Of a stretch of 64,000 bases of DNA, positions 58,919 to 64,000 are shown piece after piece. Numbering within the stretch: the first letter of the stretch is position 1; each line of letters opens with the position of its first letter. Position numbers and translations under genes: made by a program. The notes beneath the pieces were generated by a model. It did no database searches. It was not told where the DNA came from and was given only the letters and a program-made list of their open reading frames with translations. Location of the stretch: sequence record SRR20825010_2222. One strand, given 5' to 3'.

Positions 58919-61405
58919 TTAGTCCTCCAACGGAAGATATATATTAAAAGTGGCACCCTTGCCCAGTTCTCCTTGTGCCGTAATAACGCCACGGTGATTC
59001 TCTACAATACGTTTAATAATAGCTAATCCAATGCCAGTTCCAGGATATTCTGTTCTCCCATAAAGGCGCTGGAATAATTCAAAGATCTTTTCACTGTATT
59101 TTTGTTCAAAGCCTATCCCATTGTCCGAAAAAGTGATATGGCAATATTTAGTGTCGTCATCAAAGTTTTGCCCTTCCAATACATTACCACTAACACACTC
59201 GTTTTTTATAGTTATGTGGACCGGTTCTTCTGGTTTTGAAAACTTTAAGGAATTACTTATCAGATTATAAAAGAGCTGTTTAAATTGAAATGGAATTATA
59301 CTGACCATGCAAGCTTTATCCGTTTCGATAATGGCATTTTTCTGAAGAAGTTCCTCGCTTAAGTCTTGTTTAACTTGCTCAATGATTAGATTAAGATTGG
59401 TTTTTTCAAAATCGCCTTCCAAATTGTGTGTGCGGGAATAGGCCAACAAATCATCTATGAGAGACTGCATCCGTTCTGCGGAAAGTTGCATCCTTTTAAA
59501 TAGATATTTTCCATTTTCGGAAAGGGTATCTTGATCCTTTTCGATTATCCTGGAAGCAAACGTTTGAATTTTTCTTAAAGGCTCCTGCAAATCATGACTT
59601 GATATGTAAGCAAAGGATTGTAGTTCCTTGTTCATTTTCTGCAGTTCAATGTTCTTTTGTTCCAGCTCGGCCTTCTTTATCTTAAGCGCATCATCCGATT
59701 CTTTCTTCTCCGTAAGGTCATGGGTTACTTTTGAATACCCTATTACCTCCTTTTTTTCATTATGTACTGCAGTGATTACCACGCTTGCCCAAAACAATGT
59801 ATTATCCTTTCTTACACGCCACCCTTCCTGTACTGCTTTCCCCTTTCTGGCAGCCAGGCCCAATAACCTATTGGGAAGTCCACTCTTTCTATCCTCCTCT
59901 GTATAAAAGTTGGAAAAATTCTTACCGATTATCTCCTCGGCTTTATAACCTTTAATTTTTTCTGCCCCCGTATTCCAGTTCTCCACAATTCCATCCGGGT
60001 TCAAATAAAGAATGGCGTAGTCCTGCACTTCCTCTACCATTAGGTGGTAGCGCTGTTCGCTTTTTTTAAGCGACTCGTTCAATTCCAACAGCTCGGCAGT
60101 ACGTTCCTGAACTTGTCTCTCCAATTCATCAAGGAAAATTTTCTGTTCCTGTATATCGGTGCTACTACCTACCCACATTTGTATAATTCCGTCATCATTG
60201 CGTTGCGGCTTGGCACGGCTCAACTGCCATCGGTATTCACCATCATGTCTCCTAAAACGATGCTCCAGTATAAAGTCCTTGCCTGTATCAATCGAGTTCT
60301 CCCATGTTTTAAAATTTCTTTTCCTGTCGTCCGGATGCACCATCTGTAACCATCCTTTCTTCTTTAATTGATCTTGCGACAATCCAGAAAATTCAAAAAC
60401 CGATTGGTTAAAATAATTCAGATTACCTTCTGGATCTGCGGTCCATACAAATTGAGGAAGCGAATCGGCCAGTAGTCTGAATTTTTTTTCACTTTCCTCT
60501 ATTTTCTTTCGGGCAATTACTTGATCTGTAACTTCAATGCCCAAAGCCATTATTCCTTCAATTTTCCCAGTATTATCTAATAGTGGTTCGAAGCTGAAGT
60601 TGAGATAAGCCATATTCAATTCTCCCTTCCTCATGATTTGCACGGGAAATTCTGAAGTAGAAAAAGTTTTGGTAGTGTTGTAAACCTCGTCCAGTAACTC
60701 TTTAATACCTTGCGACTCAAGTTCTGGCATGGCTTCCAGAATTGGTCTTCCCAATACTTCATCCTCCATTCTATCCCACATTTCCAGCGCAAGGGAATTT
60801 GCCAATTCGGTTACATGGTCCTTGCCCTGAAATATAGCTATGGCTACAGGTGCTTGTGCAATCATTGTGCGAAGCCTGCGTTCACTTTCCTGTAATTCTT
60901 GCTTCGTAATTACGGTTTCGGTAGTTTCTGTGCAAGTAACAACTACGCCATTAACCTTGCCATAATCATCAAAAGCGGCACTGTAGCAGAAGGTCCAATA
61001 TACGTCCTCCATGCTCCCATTGCGGTAAAATGGCACCAATTGGTCATTATATGAAACCGGTTTAGCGGTACTTACTACTTCATTGATCAAGGGACCTATA
61101 AAATCCCATATCTCCGGCCACACTTCTTTGCCCTTTTTTCCAATAGCCGGATGTTTACCTTCTATCCCTAGACTTGGTCTGTAAGCATCATTATAAAAAC
61201 AGATAAGCTCATCACCCCAAAAAAGAAACATAGGATAGGATGAGTGCAAAACTATGGCCAGGGTAGTACGTAAACTTATAGGCCAATCACTTATTTGCCC
61301 CAGGGTTGTTTTATCCCAGTCCATCTCCCTAATAATCTCGCCCATTTGGCCACTATTCTCAAGGAACGAGAGATTATTTGCTTTATGGGTTGGGTTCAGT
61401 TTCAT
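58919..61405 (-). CDS. Multi-PAS cytoplasmic sensor histidine kinase
   Basis: Several PAS/PAC repeats, SHDLQEPLRKI H-box, DNGIG and GTGIGL motifs. Confidence 0.93.
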   Translation of the reverse strand: MKLNPTHKANNLSFLENSGQMGEIIREMDWDKTTLGQISDWPISLRTTLAIVLHSSYPMFLFWGDELICFYNDAYRPSLGIEGKHPAIGKKGKEVWPEIWDFIGPLINEVVSTAKPVSYNDQLVPFYRNGSMEDVYWTFCYSAAFDDYGKVNGVVVTCTETTETVITKQELQESERRLRTMIAQAPVAIAIFQGKDHVTELANSLALEMWDRMEDEVLGRPILEAMPELESQGIKELLDEVYNTTKTFSTSEFPVQIMRKGELNMAYLNFSFEPLLDNTGKIEGIMALGIEVTDQVIARKKIEESEKKFRLLADSLPQFVWTADPEGNLNYFNQSVFEFSGLSQDQLKKKGWLQMVHPDDRKRNFKTWENSIDTGKDFILEHRFRRHDGEYRWQLSRAKPQRNDDGIIQMWVGSSTDIQEQKIFLDELERQVQERTAELLELNESLKKSEQRYHLMVEEVQDYAILYLNPDGIVENWNTGAEKIKGYKAEEIIGKNFSNFYTEEDRKSGLPNRLLGLAARKGKAVQEGWRVRKDNTLFWASVVITAVHNEKKEVIGYSKVTHDLTEKKESDDALKIKKAELEQKNIELQKMNKELQSFAYISSHDLQEPLRKIQTFASRIIEKDQDTLSENGKYLFKRMQLSAERMQSLIDDLLAYSRTHNLEGDFEKTNLNLIIEQVKQDLSEELLQKNAIIETDKACMVSIIPFQFKQLFYNLISNSLKFSKPEEPVHITIKNECVSGNVLEGQNFDDDTKYCHITFSDNGIGFEQKYSEKIFELFQRLYGRTEYPGTGIGLAIIKRIVENHRGVITAQGELGKGATFNIYLPLED

Positions 61406-61409
61406 TTAC

Positions 61410-61856
61410 TTAAGGTTGTATTACAAATTCTTCTCTAGAGGATTGTAGTACTCTTTTTTGTTTTATCAGTTCGATCGTCCTACTTATTACTCTTTTAAGA
61501 TTTGAAAAATCGGCTGGTTTCCGAATATAGTATTGTGCGCCTTGGCGGTATAGTTGGTCCATGACATCAATATTGGAAGAAGTGGAATATATTATTACAG
61601 GCAGATGCCTAAACTTTTCATATTGCTTTATTTCCAATAAACACTCCGTTCCCGATTTTCGGGGCATATTCAAATCCAGAAAGAGCACTTGTGGTAGGTT
61701 GGGTAAATTATTTTCAAGAAAATCCATTAGTTCTACCCCATTGTTAACCGTTTTCAATGTTGCGCACAAAGCAAGCTCGTCCAAAGCTTCCTTAAAAAAC
61801 ATGCAATCGTCTTCATCATCGTCGGCAAGAAGTATTTGAAAATCGCTATTGGCCAT
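61410..61856 (-). CDS. Single-domain response regulator
   Basis: LADDD, LDLNMP, YSTS and KP motifs; 4 bp upstream of the kinase. Confidence 0.9.
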   Translation of the reverse strand: MANSDFQILLADDDEDDCMFFKEALDELALCATLKTVNNGVELMDFLENNLPNLPQVLFLDLNMPRKSGTECLLEIKQYEKFRHLPVIIYSTSSNIDVMDQLYRQGAQYYIRKPADFSNLKRVISRTIELIKQKRVLQSSREEFVIQP

Positions 61857-62144
61857 GTATAATTGATTTAGATAATGAAATTAACCTTAACCCCTTAATT
61901 GCATTTAGGTAAAAATAAACAAAAATAATGGCCAATTAAATTTAAGCTGAAATTGTTTATAAAGGGCATATTCATTGGTCTCTTGAATACAAAATATATT
62001 GGATCTTTTGGACCTTCGATTATTTTTGGCTCAACTTCCTTGCATTTATACGGAAAGGCTTATACCTTTAAAAACAAATGTGTTGTTAATACAAATTTCA
62101 TTAGTTATGGCATTGCCAAGCACCACTGTACTTTAGAATGCCAT

Positions 62145-62645
62145 ATGAACAATTCCAAAACAAAAACCCTAACTCCCAAGGCATATCTTAACACTCTTAT
62201 ATTCATACATGCTGCATTGCTTATTGGAGTTTTGTTGTTTACCATTTTCATCTATGCAACCGGGCAAGGTTTTTTGATAGATTTTACCAAAGACAATAAT
62301 GTATTTGTATATCTTGTCCCAACCATTGCCATGTTGAGCTATTTTATAAGCAACTACGTTTTTGGCAAACAATTAAAGGACTTAACAAAACTTAACTCTT
62401 TAAAAAGCAAATTGATGCTCTATCTACAGGCATGCGTGGTAAGATATGCTTTTATAGAGGGTGCAGCAATATTGAGTACTATTGCATTTAGGTTGAATAA
62501 CCACATTTTTTATCTGGTTATTTCCTTATTTTTAATTCTTTATCTTTTTAAGCTTAGGCCCACCAAGGACAAGGTTATAAACGAGTTGCAATTAAAATTA
62601 AAGGACCAACAGTTTTTCCATCAAGAAAACGGGGAAATTAAATAA
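62145..62645 (+). CDS. Four-TM hypothetical membrane protein
   Basis: Four hydrophobic segments, RYAFIEG and PTKDK; ATG 62145 preferred. Confidence 0.7.
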   Translation: MNNSKTKTLTPKAYLNTLIFIHAALLIGVLLFTIFIYATGQGFLIDFTKDNNVFVYLVPTIAMLSYFISNYVFGKQLKDLTKLNSLKSKLMLYLQACVVRYAFIEGAAILSTIAFRLNNHIFYLVISLFLILYLFKLRPTKDKVINELQLKLKDQQFFHQENGEIK

Positions 62646-62693
62646 ACTAAAATTGGATATTACCAATAGCTTGGCATATGTAACACCTATACA

Positions 62694-64000
62694 ATGGGCA
62701 TCAAAAATAAAATATACAACGATATAGATACGATTATTATAGGATCTGGTGCCGGCGGATTATCTGCAGCCATTTGTCTATCCAAAGCAGGTCAGCGGGT
62801 ATTGGTATTGGAACAGCACGATGTTCCTGGTGGCTGGTGCCATAGCTTCTATTTAAACGGCCACCGTTTTTCTCCAGGAGTACATTATGTTGGACTGCTC
62901 GGCGAAGGAGAGTCTACAAGAACCCTGTATGAGGGATTGGGCGTGGCCAATGATCTGGTTTTTTTTAGAATGAATCCCAAGGGATATGAGCACTGTTTTA
63001 TTGGAGAAGAAAGAATTGACCTGCCGGGAAATTTCAATGATCTGAACACTTCCCTTGGGTATAGGTTCCCTAAGGAAAAAAAGCGTATCGATCATTATTT
63101 GAAGCTGGTCAGGAACGTTTCCCGACAAATACAACTGATACCCAAGATAAACGGTTTTTGGGACCATATCACCATCCCTTTTAGAACCAAGCATATGGGC
63201 AAGTTTGCGCTGTTCAGCTTAAAGCGGGTTATTAACTGGCACATAAAAGACCCCCTACTGCAAAAAGTACTCAATATACAATGGGGAGATCACGGATTGG
63301 CTCCATCTCAGGCGAGTTTCCCTTTGCACTGTGCTGTTATGGACCATTATTTTAGCGGTGGCTACTACCCTATGGGTGGCGGAGCTGCGATTGTAAAAGC
63401 CATGACCAAGGCGTTACAAAAAAATGGTGGAACTATACGTACGGGTACAGCCGTGAAAAGCATTCTTTTGAAAGGGGATAAAAAGAAAAAAGCCATTGGG
63501 GTGGAATTGAAAAATGGGGAGAAAATATATGCGACCAGAATCATTTCCAATGCTGACCCAGGGATTACCTATTTGAACTTGGTAAAAGAACAAAACCTAA
63601 GTGCAAAGCTTCTTAAAAAACTAAAAAAAACAAAGTATTCCTGTAGTTCCTTAATGCTTTTTCTAACCGTTGACATGGATGTTCGAAAATTAGGAATGGA
63701 CTCGGGCAATATATGGTTGATGGATAATAGGGATATGGATGACATTTACGAAGAGATGACCGCGGTTGATATCACCAAAAGTAAAGTGTTCCCTGGATTG
63801 TTCATTAGCTGTACCACGCTAAAAGATCCAACAAGTTTCGATGGAAAACACCACTCCCTTGAAGTCATTACCTATATTAATCCCGATTCATTCTCCAAAT
63901 TTAACAAAGAGGATAAACAGCGATCACAGGAATATTTGGAATTCAAGGAAATATTGACCTGTAAAATGATAAATACCTTGGAACGTGCCCTACCAGGTAT
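62694..64000 (+). CDS. Phytoene desaturase/retinol saturase family FAD oxidoreductase (truncated by window end)
   Basis: Hand translation: MGIKNK..IIIGSGAGGL..LEQHDVPGGWCHSF..FSPGVHYVG; later GGYYPMGG; absent from the ORF track. Confidence 0.85.
   Translation, partial: MGIKNKIYNDIDTIIIGSGAGGLSAAICLSKAGQRVLVLEQHDVPGGWCHSFYLNGHRFSPGVHYVGLLGEGESTRTLYEGLGVANDLVFFRMNPKGYEHCFIGEERIDLPGNFNDLNTSLGYRFPKEKKRIDHYLKLVRNVSRQIQLIPKINGFWDHITIPFRTKHMGKFALFSLKRVINWHIKDPLLQKVLNIQWGDHGLAPSQASFPLHCAVMDHYFSGGYYPMGGGAAIVKAMTKALQKNGGTIRTGTAVKSILLKGDKKKKAIGVELKNGEKIYATRIISNADPGITYLNLVKEQNLSAKLLKKLKKTKYSCSSLMLFLTVDMDVRKLGMDSGNIWLMDNRDMDDIYEEMTAVDITKSKVFPGLFISCTTLKDPTSFDGKHHSLEVITYINPDSFSKFNKEDKQRSQEYLEFKEILTCKMINTLERALPG

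Noticed and set aside
61953-62144. N-terminal extension of the membrane protein ORF
   Set aside because: TTG start in an AT-rich divergent promoter region; the hydrophobic domain begins after ATG 62145
1-64000. Many 60-220 aa ORFs antisense to or nested in recognised genes (e.g. 9374-10039, 56551-57102); CRISPR arrays; tRNA/rRNA genes
   Set aside because: Shadow ORFs without recognisable motifs; no repeat-spacer array or structural RNA gene was recognised by eye

Overview
Core-genome-like window from a Flavobacteriaceae bacterium (Bacteroidota; inferred from gene content, TAnnTTTG promoter elements and A-rich, Shine-Dalgarno-less leaders). It holds about 60 genes. Housekeeping and metabolic genes include osmC, lemA/DUF2207, pirin, two helicases, lpxD, hpf, ung, RsmB, purL and a MarR-led beta-oxidation operon. 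I saw no rRNA, tRNA, CRISPR array, transposase or phage genes. The most notable items are: (1) three unannotated basic micropeptides at 993-1383, two of them 75% identical paralogs with many synonymous changes, with their own ECF-type promoter, operator and terminator; (2) a four-helix-bundle (IVS/Avd-like) gene inside the fad operon, flanked by mutually complementary heptamer repeat arrays; (3) a complete sigma54 circuit (soluble kinase, NtrC-type activator, enhancer-like palindromes, IHF box, perfect -24/-12 site) upstream of a 4-Cys microprotein-gdh-rnk-hypothetical operon; (4) a type III PKS/KS/DH/ACP/methyltransferase/flavoprotein cluster; (5) a RoxA-like diheme lipoprotein; (6) twin ECF promoters and a 28-bp perfect palindrome upstream of marR. 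Family calls come from motif recognition by eye, not from database searches.
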